Shown in pieces: positions 48,649-59,601 of a stretch of DNA of 64,000 bases. Origin of the DNA: Cladosporium halotolerans (Eukaryota); contig NW_027191496.1 in the NCBI RefSeq assembly GCF_011745625.1, positions 62,001 through 126,000 of the forward strand, given 5' to 3'. Each line of letters opens with the position of its first letter. Position 1 is the first letter of the stretch. Under the pieces are notes generated by a model, which did not search any database, was not told where the DNA came from, and was given only the letters and a program-made list of their open reading frames with translations. Position numbers and translations under genes: made by a program.

Positions 48649-50178
48649 CTATCGCCTGCTCTTCTCCTTGCCCTTGCCCTTGCCCTGTTTTCTGCCTTCT
48701 TCAATCTCCCGCGCTTTCTCCCGCGGATCAATCACTTCGATTTCCTCCATCTTCTTCTTCCACTCCAAGTCCTTCCCGAGCGTGTCCCGCGCGAACGTCA
48801 GCTTATGTGACATCCACCCAGGGTCGTCATCGCCGTCCGCCTCCGCCTCGCCGTCCGGTTTCTCATCGTCCCACGCTCGACAGCTTTGGCAATTGGCGAT
48901 GAAGTGCAAATCGCATAGATCGGCCTCTTCATCATCCGCAGCAGTAGGCTCGACAGCATTGTGACCATTCCCGTTCGTCTCCCCTCGTGCATGTACTTCA
49001 TTCGCACCCGCATCAGCTTTCGCCTCGTCCGCCGGCAGATCCTCAAGTTTCTGCTTGAACGCCTTGAACAGGTCGAGCGCGCCCTTCTCGTCCGTCGCTT
49101 TGCCGCGCTTGCGCCCTCGCGTGCTGGTCGCGGGGATCATGGCTTCGAGCGCGCTCTTCGGTTTCTCGCGTTCTTTCGGCGCTGTGTCAACGGTGCGTTT
49201 CATGCTCGCTTTGAGGGCGGCGATGTCGGCATTGGTCTTCTCCAGGGCACTGGCGGATTTGGTCTTTTGGGCGCGGGAGTAGTCGTCTTCATCGTCGTCG
49301 TCGCTTTCGTCCTGTCTGGGTGCTGGTGCGGGAGCGGGTTTTGTGGGTTGTTGAACTTCTGGTTCTACTTCTGGAGAGGGAGACTTTCGTCTTCTCTCTG
49401 CTTTCTTCTTGGGTTGAGGCGCTTCTGGCATGGGCGCATTGTTCAAGGTCTCAGTGTCTTCCACGACTGTAGAAACCAGCTTTGGGTTCGCCTTGGCCTT
49501 CTTCACCACTGGCGCCGCCTCTTCCTCTCCCTCGTCGCCTCCAAAACTCAGCACGTTCTTGCCCATCGGCTTCTTCCTCTTCTTCACATCCTTTCCCTTC
49601 CTGTCCTCGGCCGCCGTCCTCGGCGCTTCCCTGACCCTAGCCTGCATTCCCTCAAAGGGATTCACCAGAATCTCCGATCCTGTGACTTTCGTAGGATACA
49701 TCGGCCTCTCTGACCCGTCCTCCGCCATCTCCGCCTCCGCCATCTTCATCAGATTGTAAACCGTCTCGCCCTCAATGCGCCCGAACATCGTGTGCTTCCC
49801 CTGCAGCTCAGGCGTCGCGTCAAGCGTAAGGAAAAACTGACTCCCATTGCTATCTTTCCCCTCATTCGCCATGCCCAGCAGGCCGCGCCGATTGAACTTG
49901 AGCCGGCTGTGGAACTCATCTTCGAAGGGCTCGCCATCGTTGAGCGCGCTGATGCCGCCGCTGCCGGTTCCCGTAGGGTCGCCGCCCTGGATGATGAAGT
50001 CGGGTACCAAGCGGTGGAAGATGGTGTTGTTGTAGTAGCCGTCCAAGCAGTGTTGCAGGAAATTGCGCGTTGCGAGCGGAGCTTGCTTCCCGAAGAGCTC
50101 GAGCGCGAGGTCGCCAGAGGTTGTTTGGAGGATTACTTTGGCCGTTGGCTGCGGCTCGAGGTTGTACAGGGAAGCCAT
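48649..50178 (-). CDS. CWC27: Spliceosomal cyclophilin-like protein Cwc27
   Basis: MASLYNLEPQPTAKV, FHRLVPDFIIQGGDPTGTGSGG, DEFHSRLKFNRRGLLGMAN, C-terminal WMSHKLTF...IDPR. Confidence 0.95.
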   Translation of the reverse strand: MASLYNLEPQPTAKVILQTTSGDLALELFGKQAPLATRNFLQHCLDGYYNNTIFHRLVPDFIIQGGDPTGTGSGGISALNDGEPFEDEFHSRLKFNRRGLLGMANEGKDSNGSQFFLTLDATPELQGKHTMFGRIEGETVYNLMKMAEAEMAEDGSERPMYPTKVTGSEILVNPFEGMQARVREAPRTAAEDRKGKDVKKRKKPMGKNVLSFGGDEGEEEAAPVVKKAKANPKLVSTVVEDTETLNNAPMPEAPQPKKKAERRRKSPSPEVEPEVQQPTKPAPAPAPRQDESDDDDEDDYSRAQKTKSASALEKTNADIAALKASMKRTVDTAPKEREKPKSALEAMIPATSTRGRKRGKATDEKGALDLFKAFKQKLEDLPADEAKADAGANEVHARGETNGNGHNAVEPTAADDEEADLCDLHFIANCQSCRAWDDEKPDGEAEADGDDDPGWMSHKLTFARDTLGKDLEWKKKMEEIEVIDPREKAREIEEGRKQGKGKGKEKSRR

Positions 50179-50474
50179 GGTGGCTAGGCCCGTGGGTGTT
50201 GGCGCAGAGTGGGAGGGTCGTGTGCTTGAGGAAGGGAAAAGCTAAAGTTGATCTGGAAATGGAGCATGTGAAACAGCCACAGCCAGCCAGCCATGTGCTC
50301 TCCCCACCTCGTCCGACGTCAACAGCTTGACTTGCGACACGCGGGTCGCCAAACGCTTTCCGACCTTGTAAACCACCCAACGAACTGCAACACTTTATCT
50401 TCGCTCGACTATCTGCAGACCTGGCGTACTTCACAGAAGCAGACACTCTGTACGGCGGATTCCAGCGAACCATC

Positions 50475-51305
50475 ATGTCCGAGGTGACGTTCGCAAAGAC
50501 CTTCCTGTCCTCTCTGGACAAGAGGCCCATTAAGCTGCCTGCGGACCATGTGAGCGATCCGAAGAAGTACCCGAACCAGAGCCCTGTATGTTTTTAAAGG
50601 TCACGAATTATAACAGGATGTAAATGCTGACAATACTGCTAGACCATCCTGCCCCGCCAAACCCACCCTTTCCCCCGCCGTGAACGACCCTCCGCAGCCA
50701 AAGCAGGGAAGCCAACCACAATCACGGCGACCCTGAAGCCCATGCGCGGCGGCGAGGCCGTCACCGTCCCTGACTTGCCTCTTGAAGCTAGCATCTTCGA
50801 AGTCAAGGAGCGATACGCCAAGCAAACCTCGCAGCCGCACGAGAAGATCAAGGTCCTGCTCAATAAGAAGCCCGCTGCCGACTTGAAGACACTTAAGGAG
50901 CTGGGTGTCACTGGCGATGTAGAGCTCAGCGTCATGATCCTGGGCGGTGGTGGAGCTACGCCCAGCGCAGGAACCCCGAGTGCTGCGTCGCCTGCTGTTG
51001 AGAAGTCGGATCCTGCTGCCTCGGTGCCTGACACGACGATGACTGATGCACCGCCGACCTCTGCGGCGGACAATATGGTCGTCGACGAGAAGGCCTCGTT
51101 CCCTGGCAGCGAGAAGGCGCAGATACAAGCCGAGAGCTCCCCTGGTCCCAAGCCGTCTTCTGGCGCGGGACCCAGTGGTCCTGGTGCGCTGAATACGATT
51201 GAGTTTTGGGCCGATCTGCAGGACTTCTTGTCGCAGCGATTGAGGGATACGGAGGAGGCAGAGAGGCTGAGCAAGATGTTTAAGATGGCTTGGGTTAATC
51301 AGTAG
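50475..51305 (+). CDS. GET5: Get5/Mdy2 ubiquitin-like protein (GET pathway); exons 50475-50585, 50643-51305
   Basis: Get4-binding N-terminus MSEVTFAKTFLSSLDKRPIKLPADH, UBL domain (KIKVLLNKKP), C-terminal FWADLQDFLSQRL dimerisation motif. Confidence 0.88.
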
Positions 51306-51969
51306 AAGGTGCAATAGCGAATGTGTTCATACAGTCACCCGCGACGTGTACGAAACTATCCCGACGATGATTCATGCACGCATATACCTTCCTTAGGATA
51401 GGCATAGTCACATCATGCCTGCTTTGTCCATTTCTCAGACCTCCTCATCTTAAAACTACCTTGCAGCATGCGAACAGCCGGGGACACCTGCCATCAAGGT
51501 ACCATCAGTGGGTAAGAACCTCACCTTACCTAAGCGATGCTGCAGCTTACTTCGACATCACTTCTCGTAACTCTCCGTTGCTCCCACCATAACGACGCTA
51601 TCTCGAGTTCGCGAGCCTGAAATACGGCAGATAGGCTATCATCGGACCTCGCCTACGGAATCCGCGCGCGAAGACTTTCATGGGCAGCAACATGACACCC
51701 ATCTATCTTATCATTAAGGGAACAACCACCCAGCCTTATAGGTCCTATCTGATCTATAATGTCAATAGATATGGGGTACCTCAAGTAGGGCTTAGGTTAC
51801 ACAATCGTGGGAGCATGCGCAACTCTTGCGTCGTTGCTAGCAGGATCTCAGTACAAGTTTTATCCCCGTTCTCAACAACTCATCGTCAAGGCCTGCTAGT
51901 CGATGAGTCTAGCTAAATGGCCTTTTACTAATTCAGCGGTACAGACGTACAGATCTCTCCCAGGAATCG

Positions 51970-51975
51970 CACGTG
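51970..51975 (+). promoter_or_regulatory. Candidate Pho4/NUC-1 E-box (GCACGTGC) upstream of S1/P1 nuclease
   Basis: Palindromic GCACGTGC about 405 nt before the ATG of a phosphate-scavenging enzyme. Confidence 0.35.
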
Positions 51976-52379
51976 CAGCAAGGCTGGGCATCTCATTGCT
52001 TATCTCCAGCCCGAATGGTGGAGCAAGATGCCGTCTCCGAGCCGAGAACGGGCCAAACACTCTATCTCACGTCGATCTATTCGCACAGTTCAGTTCTACG
52101 GTGAGACACTGGCACCCACTGGCCTCGCTATTATTCTTCACCTGCCAGATTCAGTAAGTCGCTCAGGGTTCAAAAACCGGCTCGATGTGTGGAGATCAAC
52201 CTTAGGGCTGCACGTCGCCGTGCCATTGGCTATTTGGCTGTGATGAACGATGTGCATACCCTAGCCCAGGAACGAATACTGCGGTCTTGTCGAGAGAAGT
52301 ATATGAATCGACGGTTTCCGCCCAAACTCGCGGCAATTTCTGCCTTCCAAAGAAACCTACCTCTGAAGACTTCCTCAAC

Positions 52380-53390
52380 ATGCACTCCTCTCTGGCCCTG
52401 CTGACGCTCTTCGGCGTAAGGGCATATGCCTGGGGCGCCCTTGGCCACGAAACAATTGCATACGTCGCATCCAACCTGGTCAAAAACAACACTCAGCTTT
52501 GGGCACAGCACGTGCTCGGCGACAACTCGTCCAATTACTTGGCCACTGTTTCCACATGGCCTGACTCCTGGCGTCGAACGGACGAGGGCGCTTTCTCTGC
52601 TCCGTTCCATTACATCGATGCGGAGGACAACCCGCCGGAGGCCTGCAACATTGACTACGAGCGCGATTGCGGCGAGGAAGGTTGCGTCGTGTCCGCCATC
52701 GCCAACTACACGCAGCGCGTCCAGCAGCCTGGCGTCTTGAGCGACACAGAAGTCAACTACGCGCTCCGCTTCCTCGTCCACTTCCTGGGCGACATCACCC
52801 AGCCATTGCACGTTGAAGCCCTTGCACTGGGCGGCAATGAAATCGACGTCGAGTTCGACGGCGAGGACTGGAACCTGCACTCCATCTGGGACACCGCGAT
52901 GCCCGACAAGCTCCGCGGCGTCGAAAACGTCACGCTCTCAGACGCTCAGGCTTGGGCGTCCGATCTCACCGCGGACATCAAGGCCGGCAAGTACAAGGCT
53001 TGCGCGCAGTCTTGGATCCAGGGCGACGACATCGCCGACGCCAAGCGCAGCGCTCTGGCCTGGGCAACCGATTCGAACGCTTACGTCTGCTCGGTCGTGC
53101 TGCCGGACGGCGTCGAATCCGTCAACGCGACCGAGTTGGGCGGCTCGTACTACGAATCGGCGGTTGAGACTGTAGAGCTCCAGATCGCGAAGGGCGGTTA
53201 CAGACTCGCACACTGGCTCGATCAGCTCGCCGCTGCTCAGCAGAACAACACTGCCTACAAGCGCTCTGTCGCGCCTGTGACTGGCGCTGTTGATCTCAGT
53301 GGACGTGATCTGTTGCCCGCGCCGAGGGAATTGAGCAAGGCGAAGCTGGCTAGGAGGGCTGTTGGCTGGGACTGCGCGCACTCGCACTAG
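52380..53390 (+). CDS. Secreted S1/P1 nuclease
   Basis: Signal peptide then mature N-terminus WGALGH; Zn-ligand motifs WPD, HYID, HFLGDITQPLH, NLHSIWD; AKGGYRLA. Confidence 0.95.
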   Translation: MHSSLALLTLFGVRAYAWGALGHETIAYVASNLVKNNTQLWAQHVLGDNSSNYLATVSTWPDSWRRTDEGAFSAPFHYIDAEDNPPEACNIDYERDCGEEGCVVSAIANYTQRVQQPGVLSDTEVNYALRFLVHFLGDITQPLHVEALALGGNEIDVEFDGEDWNLHSIWDTAMPDKLRGVENVTLSDAQAWASDLTADIKAGKYKACAQSWIQGDDIADAKRSALAWATDSNAYVCSVVLPDGVESVNATELGGSYYESAVETVELQIAKGGYRLAHWLDQLAAAQQNNTAYKRSVAPVTGAVDLSGRDLLPAPRELSKAKLARRAVGWDCAHSH

Positions 53391-53791
53391 GCGGGTGATG
53401 TAGTGAATGGCAGCACCGGATGTGTAGGAGAGCCAAGGTCATAGCGCCCATGAAGTATAAAATGGAGAAGTATGTAAGGCTTGTGCGAAAATACCTTCTG
53501 CAAGATATTATTGCCTCATGAAATGAAGGACGCATTATTATTATTATCAAAAGCGATAGTGAAGCCCCAGATAACCGGGCCCAGAGCCTAAAGCTGATAG
53601 AAGCTTGAAGAAGCCGGCAGGGGCTTTTCTCCGCGCCTCCCCGAGTCGTGCGGGCCCTTAAACCCAGCGAAAAGGCCACGACTTTGCGACTGCGACTCGA
53701 GAAGCTGCCCGCGCGACCCAACATCCTCCCCTCCTCCACGCATCTCTTCTGAACAGGCAATCACGCCTCTCTCCTAACAAACACCGCCGTC

Positions 53792-54498
53792 ATGAATCCG
53801 CAAATGTGCGTATCTCTGCCCCTGCCACAATACAAGAACATGCGACCTGGGTACTGACAGCGCAATGCAGCACCAACCTGGTTATCATCCTTGTGATGAT
53901 GCAGGTCTCCAAGAAGATCCCCTTCGAGGACCCTAACGTCCTCACCGGCGTGCGCGCGCTCTACATCATCAGCAACGTCCTCATCGCCGCCATCTACTTC
54001 TACGTGAAGATGCAGATCGACAAGAAGAGGGGTACGGGCATATTCCTGAGACATCCTTCATAAAACCGCGACAATGCTGACATGGACCGCACAGACATGA
54101 CCGTCCTCAAGTACGTCGAGCCCGCCCCCATGGGCAGCACCGAGGAGCCCAAGGCCGTCACCACCACCGTCCACGCCTACGACCAGCAGCAGCTGCGCAA
54201 CCTTTTCAAGTCCCAGGTCATGGGCGTCGGCATGATGGGTGTCATGCACCTGTACTTCCACTACACCAACCCGCTCCTCATCCAGTCCATCATCCCCTTC
54301 AAGGGCGCTCTCGAGGGCAACCTTGTCAAGGTCCACGTCTTCGGTCAGCCCGCTGCGGGCGAGCTGAAGCGCCCCTGGAAGGCCGCTGGTGGCTTCGGTG
54401 GCATGATGGGCGGCGCGGGTGCCGGTGACATCAAGACCGACAAGAAGAGCATTGAGGCCGCTGAGAGGGCCGGCCGTGGTGGCGCCAAGGAGGAGTAA
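53792..54498 (+). CDS. PHO88: Pho88/Snd3 ER-targeting membrane protein; exons 53792-53805, 53871-54031, 54095-54498
   Basis: MNPQITNLVIILVMMQVSKKIPFEDP, LKYVEP, MHLYFHYTNPLLIQSIIP, LKRPWK. Confidence 0.95.
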
Positions 54499-54627
54499 GC
54501 CTCGCGAGGCATTGCTCTCCGGGATGGTGTCTTCACCTCGCATTTGCTAGGAGTGCACGGACTCGTCCACTGTACAGCTGAGACTCCTGTCCTGCGATAA
54601 AAATCCATGCATTTGGGGTATCATAAT

Positions 54628-55734
54628 CTAAAATTCAAGCTCTTCGACTTCCATCCCGCATTCTATGCAACTTTTCTTCGTCATACCCGTCTCGGGGTCC
54701 TCCACGCTTCGGCCCCATTCATGCTCATGCTTGCCATGACCGATCGTGTCACCAAATTCACCACCACCGCCTGCCCTGCCTTTTTTGTATGCGTCCACTC
54801 TCGTCCTCTTCTTCAGCTCGTTCAGCTTGTTCTTGAACTTCTTCTCTTTCCGCTCCTTCGTCTCTTTCTGCCTCCTCTCAAACTCCTCATCCAGCTTCTC
54901 GGCACTCCCCCACTTCTTCTCGCTGAATGCATATTCCTCCACTTGATACCGCATGAACAACATCATGTTATTCCACGTGCTCTTATGCGGATTCGGTTTC
55001 TCCATGCGCGGCAGCAAAGCCTCATCCCGCAGCTCCGGATCTGTGAGCAGATAATCCTCCTTCGCCTCCGTCTTCGTCAAAAGACTGTATTTCTCAGGAA
55101 ATTTCTCCTTGCAAGTATGGCACACCTGACACTGCAAGTGCTCGTCAAACTGCCAATCAATCTCCAAGCTCCCACACTCGCGACACTTCTTGCGGTCCGC
55201 GTTCAGCACCGACAGACCCGGCTCATAGGGCCCCTCGCGCCGCTCCCGCAGCCTCTTCCGCAGCTGCTGCTGCTCCCACTCTTTCAGCGTCATCCCGGCG
55301 GGCTTCCCACTCTCAGTATCGCCGGGCGCGTGCAGCGTGCGGTTCCCAGGGTCGTCCTCGGCGCTCATGAACCCGCCCTTCGTGTCCGTCATCTTGCTGA
55401 AATCGTACTCGACGAACTTCTGGAACTTGCGTGCGGGTCGGATCCCCGTGTCTGCGGAGGATGCGAGGCCGTTGTTGCTGCTCGGGGCGCGGGCGTCGCG
55501 GTTCGTCGAGGGGACGGTGGAGGGCGCTGGCCGCTTTTGCCCTGCGATGGGCGCTGGGGAGGCATTTTGCGAGGCGCGCGTGCTGGCGGTTCGGGCTTGT
55601 TGCTGTTGTTGCTGGGAGCGCAGGGCTTTTGCTTTCAGGCGGGCTTCTTCCATGCGCCGGACTTGCTCCGGCGTGATGGGTGTTGCGTTCGGTGGCGCCC
55701 TTGGAGGCGTGAGCGGTCGTTCTGTGCCCGCCAT
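54628..55734 (-). CDS. RAD14: Nucleotide excision repair protein Rad14/XPA
   Basis: YDFSKMTDTKGGF, C4 zinc finger CREC...CHTC, KYSLLTKTEAKEDYLLTDPEL, PNPHKSTW, KWGS. Start taken as ATG 55734 (context ACAGCCACC ATG G). Confidence 0.95.
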   Translation of the reverse strand: MAGTERPLTPPRAPPNATPITPEQVRRMEEARLKAKALRSQQQQQQARTASTRASQNASPAPIAGQKRPAPSTVPSTNRDARAPSSNNGLASSADTGIRPARKFQKFVEYDFSKMTDTKGGFMSAEDDPGNRTLHAPGDTESGKPAGMTLKEWEQQQLRKRLRERREGPYEPGLSVLNADRKKCRECGSLEIDWQFDEHLQCQVCHTCKEKFPEKYSLLTKTEAKEDYLLTDPELRDEALLPRMEKPNPHKSTWNNMMLFMRYQVEEYAFSEKKWGSAEKLDEEFERRQKETKERKEKKFKNKLNELKKRTRVDAYKKGRAGGGGEFGDTIGHGKHEHEWGRSVEDPETGMTKKSCIECGMEVEELEF

Positions 55735-56895
55735 GGTGGCTGTGGGAGGATGAGACGAGTCCGGAGATTGGGAGACGCGAAGGTGGTCAAATTTCGGAGA
55801 TGCCCCAAGAGAGGTGTGTGGTAAGTCTGGACTAAGTCGTGCAAAATACGAGCCGAGACTCTCTCGAGTCTGCGAAAGTGACGACATCCGACACGAGGCG
55901 GCAAGCAGCACGACCCTCTGATCCGCGCGCTTGTCCCGCTTAAGGTGCGGTCCGTGCCATCCATTCAAGCGCTAGGGTTTGGGACTTCACTCACCTGAAA
56001 GTTTGTGGCTGTGTCGTGGTGATTTCCCCGGGCGAGCATATTTTTACAGCATCGACATCAGAACTTCAGAACTGAAGTATTCGGGAGTTGCTTATCAATC
56101 TCCTCGTCCTTGACGGAGAGAGCCGCTCTTCCAACTTCCCTTGTAAGCCCTCCGAACGACATAGCCACGAGAACGCCACAAACTTTCAGAGAGGCTACAG
56201 AGGTGCACAACTGAGATGGTTTTCGTGTGCTACAAAACAGCTTTCTGACTTCACACTCTGCAATCAAGTCCTTTTATTCAGCAAGTCTGTACTATCTCAC
56301 TATCTTGGCCATATGTTGTCAGTGCTTCATCCTCATGAAACGCCTTCTGTACCTACCATGTTCGAACAGCTTTGCGACCAAAGTGAATCCGATGGAAGCC
56401 TAGAGCATGCTTGATTCACCGACCGAAGGCTTAGCATCCACATGCTCAGCCTTGCGGCACGAAATTTGCAAAGGCGTGGTGCATCTCCGATACGTCCGCA
56501 AGAGTTACGGCAACTCCATACGAGTCTCAGCTTCAGGATGGGCTAAGCCTCAGGCGCTAGTCCTACTCGGGCACGTTGCGCCGCTGCGTGATATGGCGCA
56601 GTTATGGTAGTGGAGCATTATGATCGTTCTACCTGCAGCTTCCCACTAAACACTTGGTCTACTGTCGAGGCTTTCGGCGCACTGCTATCCTGACTGGGTG
56701 ACATTCGCCGCCGAAGTATCAACACAGGTCGGCGCAGCCACAATGAGTTCCGTGAAGCTAAATAACCAGCAACGAGAGATGGGACTATAAAACCATTGGA
56801 ATGACCAAAGGTAGGATCTCTTACATTATCAGCAGCACACAGCATCTTCAGTATCCTCTCCTTCCAACTTTACGCAATCTCCCAACAGTCGACCC

Positions 56896-57984
56896 ATGTC
56901 CGAATCAAGCAGCTCGTCTGAGGGCGCATCTCTTTACCCGTACCAGCCAAGTCATGTCCTTCCAGCGGTTTTTGCGGGTCTGATCGGAGCATCTCTTCTG
57001 CTCCACATCATACAAAACCAGTAGGTCGCTTCGGACTGGCTCAATTCACGAATTTATCTAACAAATTTCAGTCGCTACCGATTCTGGAAGATCACCTTCT
57101 TCATGGCATGGGCAGGTGCGATCTTTTGTACAGGCTGGATTCTCCGGTGCATTTCGTCGTACCACACATCAAATCTCAACCTGTACATTGCACAGACCGT
57201 CCTGGTCCTTGCAGGTCCTCCGATCTATTCTGCCGCTGAGTACAATGTCCTCGGTCGCCTTATGCGCTACCTTCCCATGCATGCGCCTCTTCATCCCGGT
57301 CGCGTGGTCGTCATCTTTGTCTACGCTGGCATAGCTGTGGAGAGTCTGACGAGCGCCGGTGCATCGCTGTACGCAACAGCGTCGGTCGATGATGTATCGA
57401 AGTTCAAACTCGGCGGCACTCTCATCAGCATATCTCTCGTCTTGCAGGCCGTCATCGAAGTCGTCTTCATCAGCCTCGTTGCTGTGATCCATCGCCGGTG
57501 CGTCAGCCACCGCATGTTGACACCCAACGTCCGCAAACTCTGCATCATGCTCTACGGGACCTCGGCGTTCGTGCTCATCCGTTGCATCTTCCGCGCCATC
57601 GAGTCTTTCGCTCTTCACACCACAGACTACTGCGGCACCAGCTCCCTGTGTCGTTTCGTGTCGCGAAATGAATGGTATTTATACGCCTTCGAGGCTGCGC
57701 CGATGGTTATTTACACCTACTGGATCAATATCATCCACCCAGGCCGACTGTTACCCAGCAGTCCGAACAGATACCTGGATATTGATGGCGCGACGGAGCG
57801 CATGGGCCCCGGCTGGGTTGACACGAGGTCGAGGTGGGAGACGTTCGTAGATCCACTGGATATCGGTGGCGTGATTCGCGGACGGCCTGCGCATGAGGAG
57901 TTCTGGTTGAAGTCGGATGTGTGGCCGGTCGCTGAGGGTGGGAGTTTTGCGAAGGGGACTGCGACGAATGTAAAATGCAGGTGA
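56896..57984 (+). CDS. RTA1-like (lipid-translocating exporter family) membrane protein; exons 56896-57020, 57072-57984
   Basis: LYPYQPS, LAGPPIYSAAEYNVLGR, IRCIFRAIE, EWYLYAFEAAPM, HPGRLLP; about 7 hydrophobic segments; intron GTAGGT...CTAAC...CAG. Confidence 0.9.
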
Positions 57985-58300
57985 GCAAATTCTTGATATG
58001 CTCAAGCGCCTCAGGATTGCTGTACATCAAATCTACCGAGTTAATATCCTGTACCAACAATGATTGAACTCACCGTCTGAGAGTAGTTGGAAAGGTGCTG
58101 ACGAAAAGAGCTCGAGGAACAGAAGGATAAATAGTCGTATTCTCATTGCCTGCTCACTCAATCTAAGGCTTCATATCGAATCTCGCCAAAAAGCTTTCCA
58201 AACGCCGTTCCCAAAATGCCCAAGACGATTAGTCCGTCATCCCTAAACTCCAAAAACGCTCAAGTCTACAATCAAACACCAGTTATTGAAGCTGACTAAA

Positions 58301-59601
58301 CTACCAAGCAAGCCCCTCCTGCGTCGCAGGACAAGCCAAACCAGCACAGAAGTCGATGTCTTTCTTGCTGACGGCGGAATTAGGCTGGTTGGGCAGCTGC
58401 TGCTTGGCGGGCCAGATTTCCTTCTTCGCGGCGCGTTCGCGCTCATGGTGCGCAGTGACGTTCTCACGACACAGGTTCTGGAAGTACAGCGGGCCCTTCT
58501 CGAGGCGCGGGTGCATCTCGCCGTTGACGAAGACGCCGGCGTTGATGTTCTTCTGCGCATATTCGCAGAGGTACTTGTCCTCGGACATGATGCGCTTGTA
58601 GATCTGGTTGACCAACTCGAACTGCTCGTCGCTCGAGTTCTTGTTGCGGAAGACCTGGTACTGCATTGAGGAGCTGACGGGGCCGTTGGGAACGAAGCGC
58701 TGGATCATGAAAAAGTGCGGGCTGGTAAGGGTGTTAGTGATGCTGTGCAGCGAATGGGTGGGGGTGAAGCATGAACTTACGAGATGTTGGTAGACACGTT
58801 GGGGAAATAGTATGTGCTGGCAACGGTGAGGCCGTTCTCGCGCTGCTCATCGGTTGTTGCGGCATCGTGAACGATGTTGCATTGTGTGGTGTTGACATTG
58901 TAAGATTTGAGGTCGGCGAGGGCGGGAATGTCAGGATGAGTGGTAGCACAGTGATAGCATTCGTTGTAGTTATCGGCGAGGATCTTCCAGTTGTAGGCGC
59001 CATCCATTTCCCAGAAGTGGTCGAACTCGTACTCGTCAAAGTTGAACTGAGTGTAGCGCGGCTGGGTGTCGATGCCGTCAAAGTCCTCCTCCCATGGAAT
59101 CTCGGGCTTCTGCTTGCCGTCAAGGTTCACCCAGATGAAGCCGTTGTTATCGACGCGGACGTGGATAGGGAAGAGACCGTTTTGGCTCTTATCGAAGCCT
59201 TGCAACTCCTGGTAACCGGGAGCCTTTGCCAGCTTGCCGTTGAGGCCGTAAGACCAGCCGTGGTATTTGCAGGAAAAGATTCTTGAGGTGCCCTTAGGCT
59301 CGGTAACGACCGGGAAGGCGCGGTGACGGCACACATTGTGGAAGCCGTTGATGTTGTTCTCGCGGTCGCGGCAAAGGATGAACTCATACTCGGCCACGTT
59401 GAACTTTAGGTAGTCACCAGGCTTGCTGAGGCGGACCTTGTGGGTGATGAGCATCCACTTGCGAGAGAAGATGGCTCGCCTTTCCAGCTCATACATCTCC
59501 TGAGATGTATACCACTCTCCGGGAAGAGCGCGAACGGCCGACTTGACATCACTCTTTGGCGGCGTGGCGCCGATACCGAGATAGTTGAGCACCGAAGTCA
59601 T
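58301..59601 (-). CDS. Rieske non-heme iron monooxygenase, choline/carnitine/betaine monooxygenase-like; exons 59601-58781, 58721-58301
   Basis: Rieske ligands NVCRHRA...CKYHGWSY; mononuclear Fe motif NWKILADNYNECYHCATTH...SED; EKGPLYFQ. Confidence 0.92.

Noticed and set aside
51600..51960. Somewhat TpA-rich intergenic stretch, possible RIP-decayed repeat
   Set aside because: No terminal repeats, no second copy and no transposase or RT remnant; the bias is weak.
50475..54498. GET5 and PHO88/SND3 (two ER-targeting pathways) close together
   Set aside because: Separated by an unrelated gene with no shared motif; likely coincidence without synteny data.
55735..55968. Upstream in-frame extension of RAD14
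   Set aside because: No targeting-like or conserved character; the downstream ATG has optimal context.
56896..57984. RTA1-like gene as part of the betaine cluster
   Set aside because: Convergent orientation and no functional link to betaine chemistry.
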